Assembly: GCA_965237675.1 (NCBI GenBank) | Contig: OZ250150.1 | Location: 2,336,001-2,400,000 of the forward strand | DNA from: Candidatus Latescibacterota bacterium | GTDB taxonomy: Bacteria > Latescibacterota > UBA2968 > GCA-2709665 | Length of the DNA: 64,000 nucleotides | Reading direction: 5' to 3' | Shown here: in pieces, positions 1 through 9,599 of the stretch | Position numbering within the stretch: position 1 is the first letter of the stretch | Layout of the letters: every line of letters begins with the position of its first letter | Notes under the pieces: generated by a model | What the model saw: the letters and a program-made list of their open reading frames with translations, nothing else | What the model was told of the DNA's origin: nothing | Databases searched by the model: none | Program-made: the position numbers and the translations under genes

Positions 1-2
1 AT

Positions 3-1445
3 CTCGCCCGAGCGCTTGCCGACCATCCGGACGTCCACGCCCTGAGCATCACCGACAATCCCGGCGGGAATGCCACGAACAGCGCGGATACGATGGGGAT
101 GGACCTGCTGCGTCGGGGGCAGGAGGTCATCATTCACATTTCGTGCAAGGACTGGAACCGGAACGCGCTGCTGAGCAGAGGCTGGGAACTCGCAAGCGAA
201 GGATTCGAAAACGTGCTGGCGCTGTCGGGCGACTATCCCGTGAGCGGATATCGGGGGCAGGCGGGGGGCGTGTTTGACATCGATTCGGTCGGCCTGTTGA
301 AGATGCTGTCCGACATGAATTCAGGAATGCAGGTGGAAGGCGGGGGAACCGGCCAAGTGCTGGCGCCCACAAATTTTTTCCTCGGTGCGGTGGTGAACAA
401 CCACAAGCGATACGAACGCGAGGTGATGCCGCAGTATTTCAAGCTGGCGAAAAAGGTGGAGAGCGGCGCCGGTTTCATCATCAACCAGATTGGGTACGAC
501 GCGCGCAAGCAGGACGAGTTGTTGAAGTATATGGCCCTTCACGATCTCCGGGCGCCGGTGCTGGCCAACGTGTACGTGCTCAGCCCCGCTTCGGCGCGGT
601 TTTTTCACGCGGGCAACATCCCCGGCGTGATTGTAACCGATGAGTTGCTTGCGCTGACCCGAAAACATGCACGTTCCCGGGACAAGGGCAAGGCCTTCTT
701 CCTGGAGTTCGCCGCGAAGCAGTGCGCTATCGCCAGGGGGCTGGGATATCGCGGGGCTTATCTTGGCGGACACCTGAAATTCGAGGACTACGCGCGAATC
801 CTGGAGATTTCCGGCGGCTTCGGCGAAGCGGATTGGAAAGACTTCGTTCATGAGTTTCTCTTCCAGCAACCCGACGAGTTTTTTTTCTTCGAACCCGACG
901 AGTCGACGGGGTTGAGTTCGGACGAGGTCAACCGCCAGTATCGCCATTCGAAGGATCCCGAGGTATTGAGGGCCGCCAGGAGCCGCGTTTCCACGGGCTA
1001 CAAGGTCAACCGCTTCGTGCACGAACAGGTTTTCGAAAAGGGTCGCCCGGCCTTTCGTATCGGCAAGAAGATCTTCGAGGCCGTGGATCGCGCCGGAAGC
1101 GGCCTCCGGAGGGCCGTGCATGGAGCGGAGCAGGCGGTGAAGATTCTGGGCTTCGATTGCCGGGACTGCGGCGATTGCTCGCTCCCCGATATCGCGTTTC
1201 TCTGCCCCGAGTCGCAATGCGTCAAGAACCAGCGCAACGGCCCCTGCGGCGGAACGCGAAACGGACGATGCGAGGTGGGGGAGAAGGAGTGCATCTGGTC
1301 GCTGGCCTACGAACGGCTCAAGGCATACGGAGAGGAAGAGAAGATGCTGGACAGGCCGGCGGTCTTCAAGGACGGCGCCTTGAAGGGAACGAGCGCATGG
1401 GCGAACGCATTTCTGGAACGGGACCACCACGGCCGCACGAAATGA
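3..1445 (+). CDS. metF: Methylenetetrahydrofolate reductase (MetF family) with C-terminal Cys-rich MetV-like (MTHFR_C) domain; 5' end lies outside the window
   Basis: The frame is open from position 3 (…SITDNPGG…HISCKDWNR…VLALSGD…FIINQIGYD are MTHFR motifs). The C-terminus has CRDCGDC…CPESQCVKNQRNGPCGG…CEV…CIW. Confidence 0.85.
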   Translation, partial: LARALADHPDVHALSITDNPGGNATNSADTMGMDLLRRGQEVIIHISCKDWNRNALLSRGWELASEGFENVLALSGDYPVSGYRGQAGGVFDIDSVGLLKMLSDMNSGMQVEGGGTGQVLAPTNFFLGAVVNNHKRYEREVMPQYFKLAKKVESGAGFIINQIGYDARKQDELLKYMALHDLRAPVLANVYVLSPASARFFHAGNIPGVIVTDELLALTRKHARSRDKGKAFFLEFAAKQCAIARGLGYRGAYLGGHLKFEDYARILEISGGFGEADWKDFVHEFLFQQPDEFFFFEPDESTGLSSDEVNRQYRHSKDPEVLRAARSRVSTGYKVNRFVHEQVFEKGRPAFRIGKKIFEAVDRAGSGLRRAVHGAEQAVKILGFDCRDCGDCSLPDIAFLCPESQCVKNQRNGPCGGTRNGRCEVGEKECIWSLAYERLKAYGEEEKMLDRPAVFKDGALKGTSAWANAFLERDHHGRTK

Positions 1446-1455
1446 GGGCAACCCG

Positions 1456-2502
1456 ATGAAATTGGACGGTCGAGACGGCGAGTTTATCGTGATCGGTGAG
1501 AACATCCACACCACAAGGGTGGTTCTCAGAAAGGGAAAGCTCGTCGTGAAGCGTCCTGCGGGGGTGGAGGCGGTCCGCTTTTACGACACGCACAGGAAAC
1601 GACGCTTCCTCGCGATTCCCGAAGATGTCAAGCGGACCCAGGACTACGAAGAGGGACGCGTCAAATACGTCAAAATCGCCCTGCATGCGGCGATGTCCGG
1701 GCGGGAGCCACACGCAGGTGACGGGCTGGCGTACCTGCACCGGCTGGTGCAGCGCCAGGTGGATGCGGCGGCGGGCTACCTGGATCTGAACGTGGACGAA
1801 GTCTCATTGCGCCTCGAGGAGCAAAAGGAGGCCATGCAATGGCTGGTGCGGGCCGTGCAGGAGGTGTGCCCGGTTCCGCTGTCCGTGGACTCCTCCAACG
1901 TCGAAACGATTCAGGTGGGGCTGGAAGCCTGCGACGGCAGGGCCGGCCGTGCGCTGCTGAACTCGGCCTCACTGGAGCGCCTTGAAGCCCTGGATCTGGC
2001 CCGGCGCTACAATTCCAGGGTGATTGTGACGGCTGCCGGGGGGAGCGGCATGCCTCAGGACGCTGGAGAGCGTGTCGCCAATGCGTCACGTATGGTGGAC
2101 GCGGCGCTTGCCAGGGGAATTGGTATTGAGGATATCTTCGTGGATATCCTGGTCTTTCCGATCTCGGTGGACGGCACGTTCGGGAATCACAGTTTCGAGG
2201 CGATCCGGAGGCTTCGCGCGAGATTCGGACCAGAGATTCACGTCACGGGCGGGTTCAGCAACGTATCTTTCGGGCTGCCGTGCCGGCGTCTCATCAACGA
2301 CGTGTTCACGATTCTGGCCGTCGAGGCCGGAGCGGACAGCGGGATTGTCGACCCGGTAACCAGCAGCCCGCAACGCGTTTTCTCCATGGACCGGGAAACG
2401 GAACCCTACCGGCTTGCGGAAGACATGCTCCTGGGACGGGATCCTATGTGCAAAAGCTATCTGCGTGCTTATCGAAAAGGCGCGCTGGACGCTTACCGTT
2501 AA
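1456..2502 (+). CDS. Pterin-binding methyltransferase (stand-alone MetH methyl-THF-binding / AcsE-like domain)
   Basis: Motifs VIGENI, YLDLNVD, PLSVDSS, LLNSAS, DIFVD, GGFSNVSFGLP. Confidence 0.85.
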   Translation: MKLDGRDGEFIVIGENIHTTRVVLRKGKLVVKRPAGVEAVRFYDTHRKRRFLAIPEDVKRTQDYEEGRVKYVKIALHAAMSGREPHAGDGLAYLHRLVQRQVDAAAGYLDLNVDEVSLRLEEQKEAMQWLVRAVQEVCPVPLSVDSSNVETIQVGLEACDGRAGRALLNSASLERLEALDLARRYNSRVIVTAAGGSGMPQDAGERVANASRMVDAALARGIGIEDIFVDILVFPISVDGTFGNHSFEAIRRLRARFGPEIHVTGGFSNVSFGLPCRRLINDVFTILAVEAGADSGIVDPVTSSPQRVFSMDRETEPYRLAEDMLLGRDPMCKSYLRAYRKGALDAYR

Positions 2503-2521
2503 GGGAGGAATTGGGAAGGAA

Positions 2522-3583
2522 TTGAAGACATTTCTCGAGCGGTTGGAAGATTCCAGGCCGATGGTTTACGACGGGGGATTTGGTTCGGAGTTGTTCAAAG
2601 GGCGTATCGAATTGACGAACAGCGCGCTCGCGAATGAATTGCATCCGGCTGCGGTGGTCGATATCCATTCTGCCTATATCGAAATGGGAACCGACGTTAT
2701 AGGGACCAATACCTTCGTGGCGTCGCCTCTGCACCTGGAAATGGCGGGCAAGGAGGGGTCCCAGGCCGGGGCGATTGCCCGGCTGGCCATGGAACACGCG
2801 AGAACGGCAGTCGAAAAGAGCGCCAGGGAGGTCTATATTGCGGGTTCTATCGGTCCGTCTCCGTGGGCTATCGAATCGGACGCGGGGGATACGGTGTTCG
2901 GTATCGAGGACGGGAAAGTGAGGGCGGCGCACGAGCAGGTGATCCATGCGCTGGCGGAGGGCGGGGTGGATCTCATTTGCATCGAGACCATGTTTTCCGC
3001 GAAGGAGGCCGCCATTGCGGCGGACGTCGCGAGGAAGACCGGGTTGCCCATCGCCATCAATCTGACCTGCAAGTACACGAAGGACCGTAAAACGGGCGAA
3101 GTCATTTACCGGACGGACTGGGGGCATTCAGCGGAGAGTCTTCTGGAATTCCTGAGTTCCGGGGAGTTTTCGGACGGGGATAATCTGCTGGATCACGTAC
3201 ACATCATCGGGATGAATTGCGGCGCGGAGACCCGGCGGATGGAACATACCGGGATGTCTTACGCAATCAACGGAATCGGGCAGTTCCGGGAAGCGTTGGA
3301 GGAGCGGGGGATTGCCGGGATCAGGTTGATGGCCTATCCCAACGCGGGGCTGCCGCAACTGGAAAGAAAGACCGGCCGGACGACGTATTCCCTGACGGCG
3401 GAGGATATGGCGCGTTCCGTCCCCGATCTGATCGACGCGGGCGCATATATTATCGGAGGTTGTTGCGGGACGGGGCCGTCGCATATCCGGGCCTTCCGCA
3501 GGATGGTGAATGGGGGGTTCGCGAAGAACGGGAACGCCTGGAAAAAGGCCGGTGGCGGCGAGCGGCCAAACGCGGGGCACTGA
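2522..3583 (+). CDS. Homocysteine S-methyltransferase domain protein (stand-alone MetH Hcy/Zn domain)
   Basis: Motifs YDGGFGSEL, TNTF, AGSIGP, IETM, GMNC, YPNAGLP, IGGCCGTGPSHI. TTG start at 2522 follows a purine-rich RBS. Confidence 0.88.
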   Translation: MKTFLERLEDSRPMVYDGGFGSELFKGRIELTNSALANELHPAAVVDIHSAYIEMGTDVIGTNTFVASPLHLEMAGKEGSQAGAIARLAMEHARTAVEKSAREVYIAGSIGPSPWAIESDAGDTVFGIEDGKVRAAHEQVIHALAEGGVDLICIETMFSAKEAAIAADVARKTGLPIAINLTCKYTKDRKTGEVIYRTDWGHSAESLLEFLSSGEFSDGDNLLDHVHIIGMNCGAETRRMEHTGMSYAINGIGQFREALEERGIAGIRLMAYPNAGLPQLERKTGRTTYSLTAEDMARSVPDLIDAGAYIIGGCCGTGPSHIRAFRRMVNGGFAKNGNAWKKAGGGERPNAGH

Positions 3584-3604
3584 CGGCGCGGGAAGGGGTG
3601 ACAG

Positions 3605-3874
3605 GTGGCCGAGTACCAGGTGCTCTACTGGAAGGATATCCCCGCGCAGGTGCGGGTCTTCGACGGGAAGCGGCGGGTTGCGCGCCAGATGCCGCCGAGA
3701 TTTCAGCAGGCGATCGACCGTTTGGCGATGAAGGAGGGTCTTGCCGGATCGGACGCGTACCTGGCGCATTGGCAATGGAGCGAACGGCAGGAACGTCCCG
3801 GAAACCCGCAGGCGGTTCTGCAGGCGGTAGTACAGGACCTTGAGCGGGCTTACGACGAACGGGGTCAAAGGTAA
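3605..3874 (+). CDS. Small 'virulence factor' family protein of the kind associated with split methionine synthase clusters
   Basis: Signature YWKDIPAQV…FQQAIDRLAM…DAYLAHW; last gene of the cluster. Confidence 0.75.
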   Translation: MAEYQVLYWKDIPAQVRVFDGKRRVARQMPPRFQQAIDRLAMKEGLAGSDAYLAHWQWSERQERPGNPQAVLQAVVQDLERAYDERGQR

Positions 3875-3962
3875 GTACGGCCGGTCGGTGGGGCTGGTCA
3901 CGAGAACGAAGCCGGATGTGCGGCTTCGTCTTTGTTATCGGGTGATGGTTTGTGATACCGCC

Positions 3963-5546
3963 CTACAGAACCCCGGCCCCCTGAACGGGAGATGCAACCG
4001 TCAGTCTTTCCGGGATCCCGCGGGGGGCGTAGTACCGGGCGCGCATGGCTTCGATGATACGCTGCACGCCGTCAGATCTGACCAGGACCATCATGCTTCC
4101 GCCCAGGCCGGCGCCTGATATCTGCGCGCCGTCGGCGCCGGCATCCAGGGCGACGTCGACCATCTCATCGATCTCGGGGATGCTGCAGTTGTAGTCGCCG
4201 GGTTGGAGGTGGAGGTCTTTTTCAGGGTCGAATCGGGGCGCGTCCAGGCAGACGCGGTCGCCGTCGTGGGAGACGTTCATCAACTGCCCGTAGAGGTCCA
4301 CGCGGTTCCGGTTCAACACGTCCTTCAGTTTCCTGCTGCGTTCGGACTCGGCGATGCCGTAGGCGATGACCATGCGGATCTGGTAGCCGTTTGCGGGTTC
4401 ATCGTGGGTCGCGAATTGCTGTTCAAGAAATCGTTTCTGTTCAGGCAACTGGCGCAGGAGCCCCCGGCGGTCAATCTGTTCAGGCAGGGCCCCGATCAAT
4501 TCATAAATCTGAGACTGGTCCAGGCACTCGACCACGTCGGCGAGGTGGAACTTTTTTTCGATTTCCAGATCTTTTCTGGCCTCCACCACCCGTCGGATGA
4601 CGTCCGGGTGGTGTGCTTCCAGGTCGTTTCTGAGATAGACCTCTCCAATTTCGTACGTTGCCGTCTTTTCGTTGAATTTCTGCCCCGCGGCACCGGTTTT
4701 GTTCGCCTGGATGCCCGAGTCGAAGATGATGATCTGATAGCCGTCCGGAAACGGAAGGTAGGCGTCGACCATCAGCTCGGGCAGGGTCTTCATGTGCGTG
4801 ATTTTTCCCAGTTGGCCGCACTTGATCGCGGCGTGATCGCCGAAACCGCCCCGGGTCCCCACGTACCATTCCGCGGTGCCCGCGTACCTCACGAACTGCC
4901 GGTCGTCCAGATCGATGTCGTTGATGTGTGTCATGATTTCGGTCAACGCAACGACAACTGCGGACGAAGAACTGAGGCCGCCCTGATCGGGAATGCTGCT
5001 TCCCATGACCCCGTCGAAGCCGAGGAGTTGCTTCCGGGGATAGCGGGTGTGCAGGTAGGCCGGCGGCGCCTGCAACTTGGTGATCCAGTCCTCGTTGCCG
5101 CCCGCCGCCTTGCGTTCGTCTGTCTTTTCCTGCGTCCAGTCCAGCCACTCGGCGTCCGATGCAATGGGCCTGTCCGGAAGGGTTTCCGATATCCGGAAGC
5201 GCCGGGATCCATAAGCCGGATTCAGATTACGGATTTCAACCCGATCGTCGTCTCTGCGGGAAAAACAGATGAGGATCTCCTTGTCCAGGGAGATGGGATT
5301 GATGAAGGCGCCCCGGTGGTCGGCGTGCATGCCCACGGTGTTCAATCTCCCCGGCGACCTTACAAAGCAGACGTCCCTGTCGCCGTAGGCTTCCCCGAAT
5401 CGGGTCGCGTTTTCCGACAGGGCGTTCAATCGTTCTTCAAGCAGGCTTTCGTTGTTTCCGTAAACGGACTGGAGGCGGGAGATCAGACCCCCGTCTCTGC
5501 TCCGAACCGCCCGGATCCAATCACGTGTGCTTTTCTGGCCGATCAT
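3963..5546 (-). CDS. GHMP-family sugar kinase (galactokinase / GalNAc-kinase-like)
   Basis: Motifs SPGRLNTVGMHADH, PDQGGLSSSSA, GAQISGAGLGG. Confidence 0.8.
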   Translation of the reverse strand: MIGQKSTRDWIRAVRSRDGGLISRLQSVYGNNESLLEERLNALSENATRFGEAYGDRDVCFVRSPGRLNTVGMHADHRGAFINPISLDKEILICFSRRDDDRVEIRNLNPAYGSRRFRISETLPDRPIASDAEWLDWTQEKTDERKAAGGNEDWITKLQAPPAYLHTRYPRKQLLGFDGVMGSSIPDQGGLSSSSAVVVALTEIMTHINDIDLDDRQFVRYAGTAEWYVGTRGGFGDHAAIKCGQLGKITHMKTLPELMVDAYLPFPDGYQIIIFDSGIQANKTGAAGQKFNEKTATYEIGEVYLRNDLEAHHPDVIRRVVEARKDLEIEKKFHLADVVECLDQSQIYELIGALPEQIDRRGLLRQLPEQKRFLEQQFATHDEPANGYQIRMVIAYGIAESERSRKLKDVLNRNRVDLYGQLMNVSHDGDRVCLDAPRFDPEKDLHLQPGDYNCSIPEIDEMVDVALDAGADGAQISGAGLGGSMMVLVRSDGVQRIIEAMRARYYAPRGIPERLTVASPVQGAGVL

Positions 5547-5649
5547 CGTTCTGCCCTCCCGGAATCAGACGCCAGGAAAGCCGCCATTGTCGGCCGGCTT
5601 CGAGGATTCATTCCGGCGCGTTCCAAACGCTGAGAGATGAAAAGAGAAA

Positions 5650-5688
5650 ACGACAACGCTTCCGATGGATTCGAAATGCGTTGTCGTT
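5650..5688. terminator. Intergenic hairpin ACGACAACGC…GCGTTGTCGT
   Basis: 10-bp inverted repeat between two co-oriented minus-strand genes. Confidence 0.35.
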
Positions 5689-5730
5689 CTGGGCTGGGAA
5701 GACGCCGCCGGACCGCGCCGGGTCGGCACA

Positions 5731-6702
5731 CTAGAGCTTATCCGGATTGAAAATGCCTTTCTGCGTATCGACGACCCTCTCGGACCGGGTCTTGAACATG
5801 GTACCGGCCGGATAATAGCCGGCTTTGACGTAGGCGAGGCCGTAGGAGATGCACATCGGCCCCAGCAACGTGCCGGGATCCGTGAGGGATTCGCAGGCCA
5901 GTTGCGTTCGGTCGCCGAGAACGACGCCCATTTTGGATCCGCCGAGGTCGTACCATGTGTCGTTGATTTCGACCTTCAGGTTGACGCGCTTATCGCGTTC
6001 ACGAACGCCCTGGATGATGCCCAGGTTCGCGGCCGTGGCCTGGTTGCCGAAGTGGGTGGCGTACCCGCAGAGGCTGTCGCCGAGATACGAGGGGTGGGGG
6101 AAGTTGGCCTCGTCGAGCATGAGGACGTTTTTGAGTTCACCCCGGATGGCGTTGTCGCCCTGTTTCCTGTGGCCGCCCAGGATGATGTTGCCCCGGAGAT
6201 AGGCACCATGGCGGATTTCGTTATTCGGGCCGATTATGGCTGGGCCCTTGACGCCGGCTGTCGGCTCGATAACGGCTCCGGAACCGACGTAGATGTCCCC
6301 GCCGTCGAGGTAGACAACCGCACCGACCACCCTTGCGTCTTTCGCGACGTAGAGTGTATGGCCCCCCCCGTCGAGCGATCCGTGCACAAAGAGAGGTTCG
6401 CATACGACGCCGGGTTCGACCAGCACGGTGTAGTTCCCGATTCCGGGGAGGCCAGTCCGTTCTTCCGCGCCCTCCGCCGAACCGATTTTTTCGCCCAGCC
6501 ATTCCCTGGCATATTTTTCGATTCCGTCTTTGCCGATGAGATCGACGACCGACCTTGCCCCGTCGACCAGCGCCCGGTGTTCAAACGGGTATTTGTCGAG
6601 GTCGAAGAAGTTGGAAGGTCTCAACTCGCCGGGGACCTCATCCGCCGCCAGTTCGGTAACGATGACCGGATCGTCCTTCGTACCAGTTCCGTTCAGGGCC
6701 AT
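5731..6702 (-). CDS. Left-handed beta-helix acyltransferase (GlmU C-terminal-like)
   Basis: Hexapeptide repeats (VGSGAVIEPTAGVKGPAIIGPNNEIRHGAYLRG), plus HPSYLGDS and KMGVVLGD. Confidence 0.75.
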   Translation of the reverse strand: MALNGTGTKDDPVIVTELAADEVPGELRPSNFFDLDKYPFEHRALVDGARSVVDLIGKDGIEKYAREWLGEKIGSAEGAEERTGLPGIGNYTVLVEPGVVCEPLFVHGSLDGGGHTLYVAKDARVVGAVVYLDGGDIYVGSGAVIEPTAGVKGPAIIGPNNEIRHGAYLRGNIILGGHRKQGDNAIRGELKNVLMLDEANFPHPSYLGDSLCGYATHFGNQATAANLGIIQGVRERDKRVNLKVEINDTWYDLGGSKMGVVLGDRTQLACESLTDPGTLLGPMCISYGLAYVKAGYYPAGTMFKTRSERVVDTQKGIFNPDKL

Positions 6703-6705
6703 CAC

Positions 6706-7653
6706 CTATTCCTTTCTGCATTCCGCGATTTTCTCGAGGGTTTGGTCGTGCAGGGTCTGCGTCCGGCTGACCAGGACGTCGAAGACCGTCTCGTAATCTT
6801 CCGTGGGCCTGGGCACTTCGTTACCGTCGAAATCGGTGACGATCAGGCCGGCCTGTTCCGCGATCTGGATACCGGAAAAAACGTCGACGTAGGGCTGCTG
6901 CCTTGCAAAGTAGACGTCGATCTGCCCGGCCGCGGCCTCTGCAAAGGCGTACGGGCCGCCGTTGGGGTGGAGCATTTTGAATGCATCGATAACCGGCCTG
7001 TATTCATCGATGAGTGGCATGAGGAATTTGGCCGGTTTCAGGAGGTACGATTCGACACAGGCGTCATTGATGCCGGAGGCCGCCTCCCCGTGCCGTTGCC
7101 TACGATAGCTTTCATCCAGCCTCTCCACGCCCGTCAACCCGTTTCCGTCCAGCGTGGCCATAAAGGCGCCGTTTCCGTTGGCGAACGCCATGTCTTTGTT
7201 GAAGACGTCGCCGGTGATGGATACAAGAGGATTGAAGTTGGCATCGAAGAGCGCCAGGGAACTGTATTGCATGAACGGCAGCCCCCTCTTATACAACCAG
7301 CTGCCGTCGAAGGGATCGGAGACGCCATAGAGTTTATCTCCCTCTTTGCCGGCGGTCAGATCGACCATGCCCGCTTCTTCGGAAAGCAGCACAACCGGAT
7401 GGGTGCTCTCTTTCAGCCTTCCGATATAGGCCCCTTCAGCGGCTTCGTCCACACCGAAGATCTCGGCGTCCCAGTTCTTGTAATCCCCCTTGCGGGTGCG
7501 GATGACCATGGCGCCGCTGGCCTTGCCCTGCAAATCGTGCAGAATATCCAGGGTTTCCGCCACGATTGTCAGGCCGAGCGCCGTGAGGTCGTCTACATTA
7601 TCGGTTCTACTGAAGTTACCGATTCTGTTTTCGAAAACCTGATCGTCACCCAT
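6706..7653 (-). CDS. Inositol monophosphatase / FBPase family phosphatase
   Basis: Motifs LLSEE, SDPFDGS, DVFSGIQIAEQAGLIVTDFDG. ATG at 7653 follows GGAAGGA. Confidence 0.82.
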   Translation of the reverse strand: MGDDQVFENRIGNFSRTDNVDDLTALGLTIVAETLDILHDLQGKASGAMVIRTRKGDYKNWDAEIFGVDEAAEGAYIGRLKESTHPVVLLSEEAGMVDLTAGKEGDKLYGVSDPFDGSWLYKRGLPFMQYSSLALFDANFNPLVSITGDVFNKDMAFANGNGAFMATLDGNGLTGVERLDESYRRQRHGEAASGINDACVESYLLKPAKFLMPLIDEYRPVIDAFKMLHPNGGPYAFAEAAAGQIDVYFARQQPYVDVFSGIQIAEQAGLIVTDFDGNEVPRPTEDYETVFDVLVSRTQTLHDQTLEKIAECRKE

Positions 7654-7741
7654 TCGTGATTCCTTCCACGCAAAGTGAGTTAAATTTCTGTTTTTCAAAG
7701 ACTAATGTGACTCATGCAAAGGCAGGATCGAATAAATATTG

Positions 7742-7770
7742 AGTATACCATATTCCCTCGGTGATGTCAA
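7742..7770 (-). promoter_or_regulatory. sigma70-type promoter for the IMPase-acyltransferase-kinase operon
   Basis: Minus strand reads TTGACA-N17-TATACT with an extended TG. Confidence 0.7.
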
Positions 7771-7885
7771 GACAAAACATATTGCGGATCGGTTGGCCGC
7801 GTGTTATCGTTAGTCGAAAGCAGAGCCTGGAAAATCGCCGGTACGAAAGGTCACCCGCTCCGCGGGCGGCGACCTCTCCCCCCGG

Positions 7886-8078
7886 CCCCCTCTCCCGTGG
7901 GGAGAGGGGGAGCAGAACCAGTGGTTGGAACATTATAATGTTCTGCCTGGATTTTTTCATCAATCGAAATGTCTTCGACCGATGACAATTCCCCCCTTCC
8001 CTTCGGGAAGGGGGATAGGGGGTAGGTCTCGTCCCGTTCAAAACGCCTATGAGGACGATCACAAGGGTCGCCCCTACA
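7886..8078. repeat. Cluster of REP-like palindromes
   Basis: CCCCCTCTCCC-GTG-GGGAGAGGGGG, CCCCCTTCCC-TTC-GGGAAGGGGG, and a GTAG-type REP (minus strand TGTAGGGGCGACCCTTGTGATCGTCC) also seen at 11852. Confidence 0.6.
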
Positions 8079-8354
8079 TAACCAACGACGGCGCGGCGAG
8101 GGTTGGCAGCCCGCGCTTCCGGATGTAGCGACACATTCCGGGTAGCAGTTAGCCAAAAGAGCGGAACGATGCTAAACCATGTGGCGGTCCTTCCTTGTCG
8201 ACCGCACGTCCGTGGCGTTTGAGCGGCGCCGTGAAGGGGCAGGAACAGAAGGGGCGCAACGATGGCAGGATGCCCTCGGCCCCAGTTGAAGCAGGCAGGT
8301 TGAACCGGCGGTTGAATATTTCTGGAACAGGACAGTACATGCAAAGGAGAAATA

Positions 8355-9518
8355 ATGGTTCTTCGGGGTAAAATTGTGGGTACGGAAGCGCCCGTGTCAG
8401 TAACAATTGAAGCCGGACGGATCACAAGGATCGGAGAGGACGGCGCGCCGGCGATGGGGGGCGGCGACGTGTGGATTTCGGCGGGATTATTCGACGTGCA
8501 GGTCAACGGAGCCGGCGGGATCAACTACAGCTCCGGGGATCTGACGGTGGACAGGGTGCTGCAGGCCTGTGAATGGCCGTACCGGGCGGGGACGGCGCTG
8601 TTTTGCCCCACGGTAACGACCTCCCCGGCGGAACAGGCGATTGCGGGGTTGCGGACGCTTGCAAGGGCATGCGAGCAGTCCGATACCGCGAATGCGTCGT
8701 TTGTGGGCTTTCACGTGGAGGGACCTTACATCGCATCGGAGGACGGTCCGCGCGGGGCCCATCCCCTGGAGCATACGCGGGACCCCGACTGGGATGAGTT
8801 CTGCCGCTACCAGGAGGCGGCGAACGGCCGGATCAGGATTCTGACGCTGGCGCCCGAGCGGGCGGGCTCCCTTCCCTTCATAGAGAAGGCCTCCGAGGCC
8901 GGCGTGATCGTCTCCCTGGGACATACGGGGGCCAGCCGGGCCCGGATCCGGGAGGCGGTGGCGGCCGGAGCGCGGATGTCCACCCACCTGGGCAACGGAG
9001 CGCACGCCGAGATTCCCCGCCACGACAACTATATCTGGGAGCAGCTTGCCGCCGACGAACTCTGGGCGGGGATCATACCCGACGGGCATCATCTGCCGCC
9101 GCCGGTGTTGAAGAGCTTCTATCGGACCAAGCAGAAAGAGCGGATCTGCCTGGTGAGCGACGTGTCGTCCATTGCCGGGCTGCCGCCCGGCATTTACGGC
9201 CGGAGCTACGGAAACGACGAGGTGGAGATTCACGAGAGCGGGAAGATCTCCCTGGCAGGCACGCCGTATCTGGCGGGCGCGTCGCTCTTTCTGGATCACG
9301 GGATTCCCAACACGGTCGCCTACACCGATGCCACGTTGGCCGATGCGGTCGACATGGCAACGATCAACCCGGCGCGGCTGCTGAGCGTGGACGGCAGGCT
9401 GGGCCGCGTGGCGCCCGGAATGGACGCGAGCCTGACGCTGTTCCGGTGGGCGGAGGGACAGCCCGAGCTATCCATCGTGGCGACAATCGTACGGGGGGAG
9501 ATTGTCCACAAGGCATAA
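8355..9518 (+). CDS. nagA: N-acetylglucosamine-6-phosphate deacetylase family amidohydrolase
   Basis: Motifs FDVQVNG, HVEGPY, GAHP, TLAPE, SLGHT, THLGNG, PDGHHL, LVSD; AAGGAG RBS. Confidence 0.88.
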   Translation: MVLRGKIVGTEAPVSVTIEAGRITRIGEDGAPAMGGGDVWISAGLFDVQVNGAGGINYSSGDLTVDRVLQACEWPYRAGTALFCPTVTTSPAEQAIAGLRTLARACEQSDTANASFVGFHVEGPYIASEDGPRGAHPLEHTRDPDWDEFCRYQEAANGRIRILTLAPERAGSLPFIEKASEAGVIVSLGHTGASRARIREAVAAGARMSTHLGNGAHAEIPRHDNYIWEQLAADELWAGIIPDGHHLPPPVLKSFYRTKQKERICLVSDVSSIAGLPPGIYGRSYGNDEVEIHESGKISLAGTPYLAGASLFLDHGIPNTVAYTDATLADAVDMATINPARLLSVDGRLGRVAPGMDASLTLFRWAEGQPELSIVATIVRGEIVHKA

Positions 9519-9599
9519 ACTCCGGGCGTCGGAAGAGCGGCTTCCGGCCGCCTGCTTCCAACGCTGTGTATTGCCGATGTAGATTGAGAGGTCCGATCT

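Noticed and set aside
5665-7659. 664-aa plus-strand ORF
   Set aside because: Antisense shadow of two well-supported minus-strand genes, which is common in GC-rich DNA.
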